From Eremomyces bilateralis CBS 781.70 (lineage: Eukaryota): a stretch of 64,000 nucleotides of DNA. Made by a program: the position numbers and the translations under genes. Below the pieces are notes generated by a model, which saw only the letters and a list, made by a program, of their open reading frames with translations, made no database searches and had not been told where the DNA came from. Below, piece after piece: positions 36,648-49,029 of this stretch. The DNA lies in NCBI GenBank assembly GCA_010015585.1, contig ML975156.1; one strand, 5' to 3'. Numbering within the stretch: the first letter of the stretch is position 1; every line of letters starts with the position of its first letter.

Positions 36648-38772
36648 CTAGATATTCGGGGAAAGCATGTCGGACTTGACACACATCTCCACAGTCTCGA
36701 TCGAGGCTCGGAGGTAGCTGCGCATTTCTAGGCCTGCCCAGACCTTGATCATGGAGTAATCGCCGGATCGCATGTCACGTAGGACAGAAGCGGACGCTTG
36801 TGTGCCAAGCTGCCTGAGAATTGGCAGGGCGCTGCTCAAGTTAGCATCGAAAGGCCTAGACGAGTCAAAGATCGACTTACCCAGCGAACAGATCCAGATC
36901 GGGATCCATCTGTCGCCCGATTCCTTCCAACAGCAGGATACTGAGGACCACATTGACAAAGTCGCCTTCGAGCCGAACGTGATGAGCTCGCACCATTTGA
37001 AGGACCTCGTTCAGAACATCGCCGATTTTAATATTACCAAGGTTGAAGGTTTTGCTTTTGACTCCCAAGACCAAGTGCTGCATCCGCAGTGAAAACACCT
37101 CGCCGTCAATGACGGCTTCTGGTTGTCTGCATCGCTCAATCATGAGATGGCCGGCTCGATAACCATCAAATTCTGCGACAGCCTTGAACAAATCCAGGAA
37201 ATTTTGCCGGTTGGTCGCGTTCAATTGCGTCACGAGACCGGTATCAATGAATATTAGCTGCGGTCGATAACCATCACGGTCGATCTGATCTAACGCCGCC
37301 ACCCATGCCGCTGGATCTCTGCGATGTGGTCTTAAACGTTGGAGAACCTCTTCGGTGCCATCAGTCTCCTGCCCTGGACCGAGATCTGGCTTTTGCCATG
37401 ACCGCGGAATATGCAAGTCTAGCTGATTGGATTTGTAGAACCGGACCATGATGTTGCCAGGGTGCAAGTCCGCGTGAATGAAGTTGTCAATCAAGAGCAT
37501 GTGAAGGAACGCGTCGAGTCCTTCATTGGCGATTTCTTTTTGGAATGCGCCACCTCCGTTTTCGAGGAAGTGACTCAGTGGTATACCAACCGCGAACTCC
37601 TCAATTAGGACGCTGCGGGTGGTGTACTCTGTGAAAGGGTAGGGAAACCAGGCCGTGGATCGATCTTGGAAACTCTTGCGGAACATGGTGAGGTTTGCTG
37701 ATTCAATGCGGAGATCCATTTGAAGTCGCATCATGTTTCCGAATATCCTGACCTCGTCAGGGAAGGAGAACCATTCCATCGTTGGGATGGCGTTGGTTAG
37801 CCCAGCAAAGAAGGCCATTATCCGCAAATCCCGGTTAACCATCCGCTCAACGTTGGGGTGTAGGACTTTGACGGCCACGTAGTTTGATGGAACCCGAGCG
37901 GGTGTGGATTTAAGAGTTGCATCGACATTTTTCCGCAGAGTCCGGGTAAGGGTAGCCACCTGCTGCACATCTCTATCTGGGACGGCGAGATCGGGTTTGA
38001 GTCTTGCTTTATATACCTGCGCAATGGCACCGACACCCAACGGAGTCTCGTCGAATTCCTCGAAGATGTCCTGGAACGGCCGGTCCCCAAAGGCTTTTTC
38101 GACAATCTTCTTCGTAGCAGATAGCGGGTGTGCTGGGGCGTTTGAATGCAGAGTGGACATGATGCTACACATTTCATTAGGAAAGATGTCGGTCCGGGAG
38201 GCTGCCCATTGTCCCAGTTTGATGTACGCTGCTCCTGCTCGTTCCATTGACGACACAAGGAAGCCATACCACCAAATTGTACCGCTCCGTTCGTCATCTC
38301 TTCCTGGAATGCGTTCTCCAATCCATAAAACGGGTATTGTGACGATAACCGGCACAAAAATGAAGATTAGATGAAGGAGACGTAGTCCGGTAGCGACCGG
38401 CTCATATATGTAATCATCTAAGAAGTGATATATCGTCCGCCGAACCTTGCGGGAGTTTTCAAGAACGGTTGGGACTTGAGCGGCCAATTCGGCCCGCGAG
38501 GCGTCGAGCATGGCCTGCTCTGGTGTTCTCGTACCGTCGGCATTCCGTTCGCCGAGGGAGACTAAAGCGAGGGGGGTTATCGCGGCGGATAGCAACAGGA
38601 TCGGTCGACGGGCAGAAGCGGAGCTCCATTGAGACCGGCTGGATTGGAATCGGGGACTACGCCCAGTGAAACCGCGACGGAGGTGGTGGTTGTGTGAGAG
38701 CGCATTAGTACGACGGGGAAGGGTGGAAGCATGGCGGAAACAGAGACGGGCGAAGGGGAAGACCGTCGTCAT
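36648..38772 (-). CDS. Mitochondrial ABC1/UbiB-family atypical kinase (ADCK2/Cqd1-YPL109C-like); intron 36832-36880
   Basis: YIKLGQWAASRTD, LGVGAIAQVY, VAVKVLHP, NFIHADLHPGN, IDTGL, LEGIGRQMDPDLDLF; Arg/Ser-rich presequence. Confidence 0.9.
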
Positions 38773-39535
38773 GCTCAATGGCGGGGGGGTCGAAGGGGAA
38801 TGTTCTTGCAATAAAATATACAGCAGAGTCCATGAGCAAGAACGAAGAAGGTCAATTGTATGTGACGATGGAAGTCTCTCCTTGTCGTCTTGTCTCATGG
38901 CACCTCCGAGGCTGGGACGTCATCGAGGGACGCGACAAGTGCGCACGTGTTTTGTCCAGGCGTGCCAGGGCACGAACATCGAAGTATTGTCAGCCTGGGG
39001 CTTTAAGGCAAATATCATCCATTCATTCCATGTCATGTTATGTTCTGTTTAGTTTGTCACATGGACGATGCCCTGAACTCCAAGGTCCACATATTCTTCG
39101 ATCACGTGAATGCTCTAGCTGAGTCATCTATCCGGCATCTAGCCATCCGACTGAGTTCATTGTGGCGTGGCGGCGACGCGCAGGACTGTGAGCCAGGAGT
39201 GGTCAAGACATCAGACGGTCAACGCAAGACGGCGCATCAGTCCGCTTTCCTGCTCCTCCTAAACTCTCCTAAAGCGGGTCAAGCCTCATTATATCCACCC
39301 TGCTCCCTTTGTGATTGGGCGATTGCGTGGTTGAGGTGCAACAAAATATCAATCATCCAGTCCTGTCCGATCCGGAGTTTCGTATCGACGTCCCTCGACT
39401 GCCTTTTTCTCCCCCCTTCCCTCTTCCGTTCTTCCTTCCTCTTTTCTTCACCATTCCCTTTTCTCCTTTTCGGTCGAAGCCATACCGTGAGAGAAGTCCT
39501 TCCGGTGCTCCTGCAGCGCCATTGAATCCGGCAAC

Positions 39536-40620
39536 ATGGATCTCGCAATGTACGACTCCCGCTGGCTTCCTGTTTTAGGGTGATGCAGCACCGCAACGTT
39601 TTTCTAACCTTTCCTCTAGGAACGCCACGTCGACCCCGGGATTATCGGGAGGCTACTGGAATCAATTCGACGAGATCTCCAAGACCAATGTCTCCCTCAA
39701 TTATTTCGAGACGCTATGGCTCACATGGTATGTCTACATGCAGAACGATGTGCTCGCCACCGGCATCATGTCGTTCGTTCTGCATGAAGTCCTATACTTT
39801 GGGAGGTCTCTGCCGTGGGTCATCATTGATTGCATCCCGGCGATGAGGAAATACAAGATTCAACCCGTAAGTGCTCGAACTCCGACATGATGGACCCATG
39901 ACTGATCTCCGGGACAGAACAAGATTCCGACGGCAAAGGAGCAGTGGTACTGCGCAGGCTTCGTCTTGCTGTCTCACTTTACGGTTGAATTGCCCCAGAT
40001 CTGGTATGATACTCCGTTTGACTCCTCTTACGATTCGGTTCGTTGACACGACTAGGCTTTTCCACCCCATCGCGCACTACTTCGGCCTTCAAACCACGGT
40101 TCCTTTCCCGCCTGTCTGGAAGATGGTCTATCAGATCGCCTTGTTCTTCTTTATGGAAGATACCTGGCATTACTGGACCCATCGCTTCCTCCACTCCTCT
40201 CCGTTCCTCTACAAGAACATCCACAAGCTCCACCATCAATACTCGGCACCCTTTGGTCTTGCCGCCGAGTATGCTTCTCCGATTGAAGTCATGAGCCTCG
40301 CGTTCGGTACGGTTGGCTGCCCGATCATCTTCGCTTCGTTCACGAGAGATCTACATCTTATGACCATGTACCTCTTCGTGGTCTTGCGTCTCATGCAAGC
40401 CATCGATGCTCACTCCGGCTATGAGTTCCCCTGGTCGCTTCATCATTTCTTCCCGGTCTGGGCAGGCGCGGACCATCATGACATGCACCACGAGAAATTT
40501 ATTGGCAACTATGCCAGCAGCTTCCGATGGTGGGATTACATCATGGATACCGAGAACAGCCCGGAGGCGACCAAGAGGCGGAGGGAGAAGAAGCTTGCGA
40601 AGGTTAGGAAAGCACAATAA
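39536..40620 (+). CDS. ERG25: C-4 methylsterol oxidase; 4 exons
   Basis: QNDVLATGIMSFVLHE, EDTWHYW.HR..H, IHK.HH.YSAPFGLAAEYA, HSGYEFPWS, HHDMHH histidine boxes. Confidence 0.95.
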
Positions 40621-41376
40621 TCCTTGGATTATCGTGGACGTGGACATTGGAAAGATGAGACCAAGGGAGGGCCACAAGACAAGGTCAACGACACGAAGCG
40701 GATGCTTCAAGAGACTCGGGAGTCGGGAGTTAACATTACCTGGTTCGGATTTGAGGATGTTCGGAGGTGCCAGGGGAATGGAAGGTTTGAATCGACTCGA
40801 ATTGAGGCCGTATTATGTACATAGGCTAGATATGCCTCTAATTCTCACCTAAACTTAATAGACGCACTGTTAGTCGCTCTTCTCAAAGTTCAAACTCCAG
40901 GGACTTTACCAATCGAACAAATATCATCACATGCCATCTGCATTGCACAAGGCACTAGACACATGAGAGTAGCAATAGTACGGTAATTAATGGTTCATCT
41001 TCGTCTTAGGATTGATTTAAGAACCATGGCACTCCATGGCATTTGCTAGGGTATACGGAGCTACAACCGAGTCGAGTATTAGTACCCCGAACTACAAGGA
41101 AAGTTGCATGATGGAAATGTAAAGCCGAGGTTGGTGATTGGAGATGGTTGGTGACGATTGCTCGTCCATCGTCTCATTCTCTTCGGTCGTTCTCCCCACA
41201 CCCCATATCTTCCCGTGTCCACTATCCACCCTAATATTCTCCTGCACGCGATCTTCTAATTAATATGGTTGCGTCCCGTCGCGAAATCTTCGTGCGTCGT
41301 GATATCTTCACTGTTGTCGCGTGTTAAAACCTCGGATGCCTTCCCCTGCCCTCTGAATACCTCCCACCCGCACAGT

Positions 41377-43170
41377 ATGGCATCGACGGCGTCATCGTCT
41401 GGAGCCTCCAGCTCGGGGAGCGGCTTCAGCAAAGGCGATAAACTCGATCCCATCACGCGCAATGCCCTTCGATACACCATATCTCCCAAGGAGTATGGGC
41501 TACTCCATCAGTACCTCTTGTCACGCGCACCGCCAACCGTGCGAAAGCGAGTCCCTCGACCACCGAACTATGAAGCCATTGTGAAGAGCATGGATGACTA
41601 CAACGCTGCTGCCGTCCGCGCGGCGCTGAGGGTCTTCGGCGTGACCATCGGAGGATTGAAATTATTCCAGTTCATCATGGGTCGGGTCATGAGCCGTAGA
41701 GGCATCACCGTACCGTACGCTACCCGTGACATCAGACCCGATGAGCATGAAGACTGACGTGCACCTAGACCGGTTCCCAAAGTTCCTTTCTGGAAGAACA
41801 CTGGCGTCCGCCTTTCCTCTGCTCTCGCCCTTCTCCTCCTCTTCCATCGTCTCCTCCATCGCTTTTTCCTGCGCTTGCGCGCTTCGCTCCTCCTGCCATC
41901 CTCCGATGCTTTCCGTTCCCGGAACCCCGGCGTTAGCTCCCTCTTGACGTCCAGACTTGCCGCGCCAATTGGCGCATCACTCGCCGGTGGATTCCTCGCC
42001 CTTTACCCTGCCGCCCAGCTCAGGATCACCGCAGCTATCTATGTCTTCTCTCGCTCGCTAGAGTACATCTACAATGCTCTAGACGAAGAGGGATACCTCG
42101 CCAACAAGCCGTGGTGGTTTGGCTCCTGGCTGCTGATGCCCCTCTCGTTCGGCCAGCTTCTTCATTCCTTTGTTTTCGAACGAGACTGCATGCCACCCGC
42201 TTTCGCGAACTTCGCCCGGAATTATGGTGGCCCCTACATCCAAGCCCGGCCTTCTGCTTCCGACTACCCGGCCTCAGCGCCATGGCCTGAGACGGATGAG
42301 ATCGTCGACGGACTCGCCGAGATCTCGAACCTGAAATGGCCCGCCTTTATCTCACCTACTCTCTTCCCGAACAACCCTAACCCCCTCCCTTCAACGCTCT
42401 CCAAGATCTCTCCCATCACCTCGCCAGCCCATCCTGCTTTGCAGCATCTTAGCTGCGCACTCGTCCATCCGTCCGACCCATCTTGCTTACGAACCTACAT
42501 TCACTACTTCCTCTCCGTTTTCCCGCGCGTAACAAGGTTCTTTGCCATCATATACGGCGCCCTCTCACTATTCCGTCTTAAGGCCATCCTTGCGAACCCC
42601 GGCACGGCGCTTAACGGGCTGGCCAAGTCCATCCTGCGCATCTCCCTGATGATCACGGGCGCGTTGGGCACATCGTGGGGTAGCATCTGTCTCTTCAACA
42701 ATATCCTCCCTGGCAAGGCCATTCCCGAGCTCCGATGGTTCCTGGGCGGCGCGCTTGGCGGTCTCTGGGGCTTCGTGGAGCATGGCAACCCGAATGCCCG
42801 GGGCAATTTCATGTACACCACCCGCAGCAGCTTGGACAGCTTGTGGAAAGTCGGTGTCAAGCGGCGCTGGTGGAAGGGCGTGGCGAACGGAGACGTCATT
42901 CTCTTCATTGCGAGCTTGGCGGCTATCAACGCCGTGCATGAAATCCGACCGTCGGCGGTCAGGGGTCCGGCTATCCGCAAGGCGATCAGTTCGTTGAGCG
43001 GGGAAGGGTGGACTGACCGATGCGCGACGAAGGCCGATACGAAGGGCAAGGGGCCGGAGACCGCGAGCCAGGATGGGAAAGATGACAAGAGCATGTCCGA
43101 TGTTCGGAGAAGTGTGACGGGGGGCAGCGAGACCTTGGGCGAAAGCACCGTGGTGGTGGATAGGGAGTAA
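41377..43170 (+). CDS. TMEM135-like (Tim17/PMP24-related) integral membrane protein; intron 41715-41768
   Basis: DPITRNALRYTISPKEY..LH, FGSWLLMPLSFGQLLHSFVFERDC, CALVHP...C, SWGSICLF, SLWKVGVKRRWW...GD. Confidence 0.8.
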
Positions 43171-43585
43171 AAGGGTTAGGTTGATGTATTAACACGACGA
43201 TGGCGTTTATGTGTGGATGAAGCGATAGTGGTATGCATTATTGGGTAGTGCGTTACATGATATGGTGCACGGAGATCCATCACTATTTCGCTTATTTGTA
43301 TTGAAGATCTTCCGTTCATCAATTTTAATGGCACATTACCTTATATGCCTCTAGCCAGCTTGTACGTTGGAGATGACCTATCACGGGAAAGGAGTATAGT
43401 ATACGTCAGTTCTTCATCAAGCGAAGAAGAGTTTAATATCAGTCAGTCACGAGTTCGTAGTCTTCGAGGTATTCATTGGAACGAGTTCGTCTACCACGGA
43501 TGAGCTCAGACATTTCTTCAATAATAAATTGAACTGCGGCAAGTCTCGTTGGATCTCAAGAGTTGATGCACTCCCGTATATCGGA

Positions 43586-44965
43586 TTATCTGAACTTGAG
43601 ATTAAATCCGCTGCCAGCTTCTGAATCCTGGCTTGCACTGAAGATTCCTCCGAAATCAACATGTCCAACCGCTCCAGCATCCGCTTCCCTCCCTCTCGGA
43701 GCCTTTGGGCTCGCAACCCGCCTCCGTCTCTCCTGCCCAGCCTTGCTCGGAAATGTAGGAAACATCTTCTCGCTCTTCGGCTTCGGATCCTCTTGGAAGT
43801 ACCGATGCTGCAACACCTCTTCGGCTTCGGGTCTGTCGTCCGGGTTCAGGGCCAACATCCGTTCCAGCAGCTGCGCACCTGCCCCCGTCAACAATGAGAA
43901 ACTCGAACGGAGCGGCGGAGGTGGCGGTGGATTGGACGGTAGAGCGAGCGACTTTGCGTGTGGTAAGCGACGGAAGCCGGGCCAATTCGCAGCGGTGGGA
44001 ATGCCGAGGGTTGCGAATATTTTTGCCAATTGATCCGCTTCGTTCCGTCCTTGCAGGAGGGGAGATCTGGTCAGTAGTTCGGCGAAGACGCATCCTATGC
44101 TCCAGATATCCACCGCTGTGCCATACGTCGTAGTCCCAAGCAATAGCTCCGGCGAGCGATACCATAAGGTGACAACCAGCTGCGTTAGATTCTTTGGCGG
44201 TGGATTGGACGTATGTCTCGCCATGCCGAAGTCCGCAAGGCGGATCTGACCAAGGTTGTTCATCAAGATGTTGGAAGTTTTGAGGTCGCGGTGAAGGATC
44301 CAGTGGGAGTGGAGATATGATACAGCAGAAGAAAGCTGTAGCAAGAGAGATTTGGTTTCCGAGGGAGAGAATGGTTCCCGCATGTCCTCCATCAGCGACT
44401 TCAGGTCGTGCTCGAGGAATTCCATCACCATATAGACATCGCTTGGCTTCGAACCAACCACGACTTCTCGAAGCGCAACGATATGCTTATGCCGGCATTG
44501 GTTGAGTATCTGGATCTCGCGAAGCGCAACGACGGGAAACCCTTCGGTGGGATTCCCCATTTTCAACTTCTTGAGCGCCACTATCTCGCCTGTTGCCATT
44601 TCCCGTGCTCTCGACACCCAGCCATATGACCCTTCCTCGATATGGTTCAATGTTTCGAAGTTCTCGATCCGTCGACTCGGACCCCATCCCGGCGCCGTGA
44701 ACCGGAGAAGAGGACGAGGTTGCTCATCATGTACCTCGTTTGACTCGGATTCACCCGATAATCTCCTCCGTTTCGCCGGACGGTCGTCAATATCTGTAGA
44801 TACGCTGCTAGTGGCTTTGGCTTGCGCTTCTCGAGCTTCTCGAGCTTCCTGCTCTTGTTGCGCCTTTAGCTGTTTGGCTCGCTTTCGTTCCTCCTTTTCC
44901 CTCTTGCGGTGTATTTCCGCTGCGGTATCCTCCTCTGTATCCGCCCATCGTGAATTCGAGGCCAT
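43586..44965 (-). CDS. cdk11: CDK11/CDK10-like (Ppk23/PITSLRE) cyclin-dependent kinase, intronless
   Basis: IEEGSYGWV, GFPVVALRE, MEFLEHDLK, HRDLKTSN, DFG, TQLVVTLWYRSPE, MFPTFPSK. Confidence 0.92.
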   Translation of the reverse strand: MASNSRWADTEEDTAAEIHRKREKEERKRAKQLKAQQEQEAREAREAQAKATSSVSTDIDDRPAKRRRLSGESESNEVHDEQPRPLLRFTAPGWGPSRRIENFETLNHIEEGSYGWVSRAREMATGEIVALKKLKMGNPTEGFPVVALREIQILNQCRHKHIVALREVVVGSKPSDVYMVMEFLEHDLKSLMEDMREPFSPSETKSLLLQLSSAVSYLHSHWILHRDLKTSNILMNNLGQIRLADFGMARHTSNPPPKNLTQLVVTLWYRSPELLLGTTTYGTAVDIWSIGCVFAELLTRSPLLQGRNEADQLAKIFATLGIPTAANWPGFRRLPHAKSLALPSNPPPPPPLRSSFSLLTGAGAQLLERMLALNPDDRPEAEEVLQHRYFQEDPKPKSEKMFPTFPSKAGQERRRRVASPKAPRGREADAGAVGHVDFGGIFSASQDSEAGSGFNLKFR

Positions 44966-45164
44966 GATAGCTGGTTGTTGTTGGAGAGATAACTATGTAC
45001 GGAGTACGTAGTAGAGGAGGTCGGAATTGGAGTCGGCGGCGTGGACCCTTACCTAACTGGTAGCTAATTAAGGTCCGCAACCTCCGAACCTAGCAATTGT
45101 CGCCTTTCCTAAACTTTCTCGATGCGACAATGGAACCTCAGCAAGTTCAATACTACAAATTAGA

Positions 45165-46796
45165 ATGAACAGCAGTGCTCGACGATGTTTTCGAGCGCTG
45201 TCAAGATACCGTGTGGGTTGCGGTCAACCGCACATCGTTAACTCCACGGCCTTTTCGAGGCAATATGTGACTGGTGCCAGACAATGGTCAACTCCGCTAG
45301 CAAAGAAGCTTGCTGAAGCAATTGATGTATGGATTGAGTATTGTCTGTATTAAACATGACCTAAGGCTAACTGCTAGACAGACTACCGGACCTATCCCCG
45401 TAGCGACGTATATGCGCCAATGCCTAACATCCACCGATGGCGGATACTACACCACGAAGCAAGCCGACAGCGACCAGTTCGGCCGACAGGGGGACTTCAT
45501 AACATCTCCTGAAATATCTCAAGTCTTTGGCGAGCTGGTTGGGATCTGGATCGTGGCAGAATGTCTCTCACAACGCCATGCAACGGGAGGGATACAACTA
45601 ATCGAACTTGGTCCTGGACGAGGAACATTGATGGATGATTTACTTAGGGTAAGAGCTCGTGCGATTCTGGAAAACAGCGTTAACCATCGCAGACCGTCCG
45701 ACAGTTCAAGCCAATTGCGGACCGTATCGAATCAATATACATGGTCGAAGCCAGTCCGCCTCTTCGAGAGAAGCAGCAACGGCTGTTATGCGATAGCCAG
45801 GATGTTAAGGAGACTGAAGCCGGCTTTGAGGGCATAAGCAAGCACTTGCCAGGCGCAAAAATAGTGTGGTGTGATCAGCTCAAAGATGTCCCGAAAGACG
45901 CGAATCGTATGCCTTTCATTGTCGCACACGAGTTCTTTGATGCTCTCCCGATCCACGTCTTCAAGTCAATTGCCCCTGATGAAAAGGCATCATCGATCAT
46001 CACCACAAACAATCCGCATGCCCCTTCGCTCAAGAAACCAAACGATTGGCGGGAACTCCTGGTTTCGCCGATAGCTAACCCGTCAAAACTTAAGATGTCT
46101 CCTTCGGGACAATCCCAAACGGAGAGGGACGATTTCCCCGAGTTCCAACTCAGCCCAGCCAACGCTTCAACGCCGCACAGCATGCTGCTCCCCGAGACAT
46201 CTCTTCGTTATCAGCGCTTGAAGACCATGACCGGCTCCGTAGTGGAGATATCCCCCGAATCACTTTCCCTAGCCGCCGAAATAGCCATGCGTATTGGCGG
46301 AGGACCAGCGTCTAGTCCTACGTCCAAACGATCCACGCACAAAGCTGCTTCTACTTTCCACAAGACCCCTTCTGGAGGTGCACTTATCCTTGACTATGGG
46401 CCATTATCCACCATCCCGGCAAACACCCTTCGAGGTATCAGGTCTCATCAACTCGTTTCTCCCTTTAGCAAGGCCGGCTTAACGGATCTCTCCATCGATG
46501 TCGACTTCACTGCCATTGCTGAGGCGGCCATCAATGCTAGTGAAGGTGTCGAAGTGCATGGCCCGGTAGACCAGGCGTTGTGGTTGGAAACGATCGGGGG
46601 TCGGTCCCGCGTGGATGCCTTAGTCCGCGGTGCAGATGAGGAGAAGAAGAGTCGGATCGAGGGAGCTTGGAAGCGGTTGGTTGACCGTGGTCCAACGGGG
46701 ATGGGCCAGCTTTACAAGGCAATGGCTGTTCTGCCATGCCTCCCAGGCATGGAAGGGCGACGTCCGATTGGATTTGGAGGAGATGTTGTTATCTAA
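45165..46796 (+). CDS. NDUFAF7: Mitochondrial protein arginine methyltransferase NDUFAF7/MidA; introns 45327-45381 and 45649-45692
   Basis: GPIPVATYMRQCL..GGYY, GDFITSPEISQVFGE, ELGPGRGTLM, AHEFFDALP, ILDYG, DLSIDVDF, MGQLYK. Confidence 0.92.
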
Positions 46797-46934
46797 CGCG
46801 TACAAATATACGTATATGTGTTCACGACGGGGCTTCAGACTCATTTTCACCCCATGTTGAAGTTTGAAGTGAGTGACAGTGTATTTCCTCGCATGATTAT
46901 CAGGCATATTTCATTGAACTACGCTTTTCACCTA

Positions 46935-48600
46935 CTACCGGACCTGGACTTCATCCATACCTTCCCGCCTCAACCCTTCCAGCCGACCCTCAATAGCAAA
47001 GACAGTGTAATTGAAATCTTTCAACTCTTGAAAGACGGCGTTATTGAGCCGTAAACTAGAATCCCAGTACGCGAGCGATGGTTTTCGTATGACTTCTTCG
47101 TATATGACCGCCTGCTCGAAGAAATCGAGCCCTCGAGGCCAATAGTGCATCCGCCCGAAGTCTACCTCAGAATCGCGGAACTTGGCCGGAGCAAACCGTA
47201 CTAGCCATCGAAAGATGGCAGCGCCAAGACGGTAAATAGCATGGCAACCCTCTTTAGACAATATATTGCCGGACTGGACGTGAACGGCCGTCCTCTGTCT
47301 AGGCGACGTCGGATTGCGACTCTCGAATTCCAATCAAAGAGCCCAGCTATCCGTATAACTTCGGTCGTTTCGACCGGCGATATCCGGAAGCCTCGCCCAG
47401 GCCATGGGATGTTTCCCGTAATCTTGCCGCAATCTAAATACGGAGTATACGCTGTCGTTTGCCTGCGGGAGATCAGCCGCGTTGATAAGGCCAAGCGCGT
47501 CGAGAAATCGGAGAAAGGGTGGGGAGACTTTCGCGGACCTCCGCGAATTAAGGTATGACGCTCATAGCGAGCATTGGCCGTGTAGTGCTTGCCGCGGGTC
47601 GCGGTAAACTTGGACCGGAAGAACTGTACGGCGTGTTTCGACTTGGACAGCCTGGCCGCCGAGAACGCGCCGGAAGGAATCTTGTATCTGCGAATGCCCA
47701 GTTGAGTACATTCGATCTAATGCAGGCGACGCACCATTGAGGCATCTCAACTCTAGGTTTTCGTGATTACTCCTCTCGAGGATAGGGACGAAACCGGAGC
47801 TATGCTGAAATTTGCGTTGCATCAGGCTCAGCCACCCAGCGTCAACAAGTTCAAGGGCCAGTAGACGAGCCGTATAACGTTGATATAGGTTTAGGGGTCT
47901 TGGAAGGCTCGGAATCGCTGCTCTCTTCTGAGTACTCGCCTTGGTAACTGTCGCTGGCTTCCTCTATATCGCTTTTCGATGCAGATTCGGTATCTGCAAG
48001 GGCTGCTTCACCTGCCAGTTCTGCTTCCAGATCAACGAGCCCTACCTAGGGGCCACCGAAGCTCCCTCTGGCATATAAAGCCCGAAAATATCGATGATTG
48101 AAACGATTGAGAAAAGAAGCGAATTCGATTTTCTATTTACTCGGCAAACGAAAGTAAGAGAGAAGAAAAGGAAAGAGAAAGACGAGAGAAAGTTCTACCA
48201 TATACGCATTTCGATAACACGCTATTGTAATTCAAGATGAGCTGCTCGAACAGGCGTAGCCTGCGGTGGCTTGGGGAAATCCCGGATAAGTTCAAGAGGA
48301 GACTGATAGGCGTGTTGTGCATTTGCCGTTTGCCGGCGATGATAGCGACCGAAGGACAGCACTTGCACGGTGGTCATTGGCGCGTTTATACCAATTGATC
48401 GTTGACCCGCCGTAGACATCTAGAGGAGCTGTCCCCGGGCATCCAGTATAGAAGATAAGGTAGATACCCCGGACAAGATAGAACATTCCATTCCGACATA
48501 GTATGAAAGTCATCAATCTTGGTTTCCACTTTCTGGAGCATCCGGGGGAGATATTCCAGAAGCCAGCCCCAGGTTTCAGAAAGTCTACCAACTTTTTGTG
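46935..48600 (-). pseudogene. Degenerate gene of unknown family
   Basis: ORFs 47562-47822 and 46935-47333 are in the same frame, and the span between them is open apart from TGA stops at 47562-64 and 47334-36. An acidic segment (DLEAELAGEAALADTES..SEESSDSE) and further protein-like fragments lie upstream in shifted frames. Confidence 0.4.
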
Positions 48601-49029
48601 GTTGTTGAATGAACGTGGTTTAAGATAAAATTTGCACTGCGAGATGGGGACTCTTGAAGGTCGTTTGTAGACGTGAACGAGAACTGGGGTCCAGAAACGA
48701 TGGATGGGAATGATAACAACAATATACTTTCCGTAAAACTATAAAGTCAAGGGATTCACTAGACACGCGAGGAATAACTATAATTCAGGAGCGAGGAATA
48801 GAAAAAGGAATGGAGCAAACGAAGAAAGCAAACGAAGAATATTGCGAAGTTGTACTGCAATATGTCAAAAATGTGTACGAGTAAGGGGCAAGAAAGAAAA
48901 ACTCCGTAGCATGCTGCGTTTGAACTAGCAATGACGGAGGACGATGAAAATATATTAAAATGCTGAAGATGTCACGCGTAGTACCACAGTAAGAGGCTTT
49001 TCATGCACAGTGTTGCGATGAACCTCTAT

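Noticed and set aside
42504..43148. Long antisense ORFs (also 33789-34316, 31359-31865, 44502-45011, 37904-38374)
   Set aside because: Shadows of codon-biased genes on the opposite strand, with no motifs of their own.
43172..43182. Telomere-like GGGTTAGG (also AACCCTAAC at about 17321 and 42372) as a telomerase RNA template or interstitial telomere
   Set aside because: Isolated 1.5-unit matches inside UTR or coding sequence; expected by chance.
14166..44965. PRP4, cyclin Pch1 and CDK11 as a functional transcription/splicing cluster
   Set aside because: They are separated by many unrelated genes, and Pch1-type cyclins partner Cdk9 rather than Cdk11.
47334..47564. Two in-frame TGA codons as selenocysteine or readthrough
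   Set aside because: Ascomycetes lack the Sec machinery, there is no TGA-CTA readthrough context, and upstream frameshifts indicate decay.
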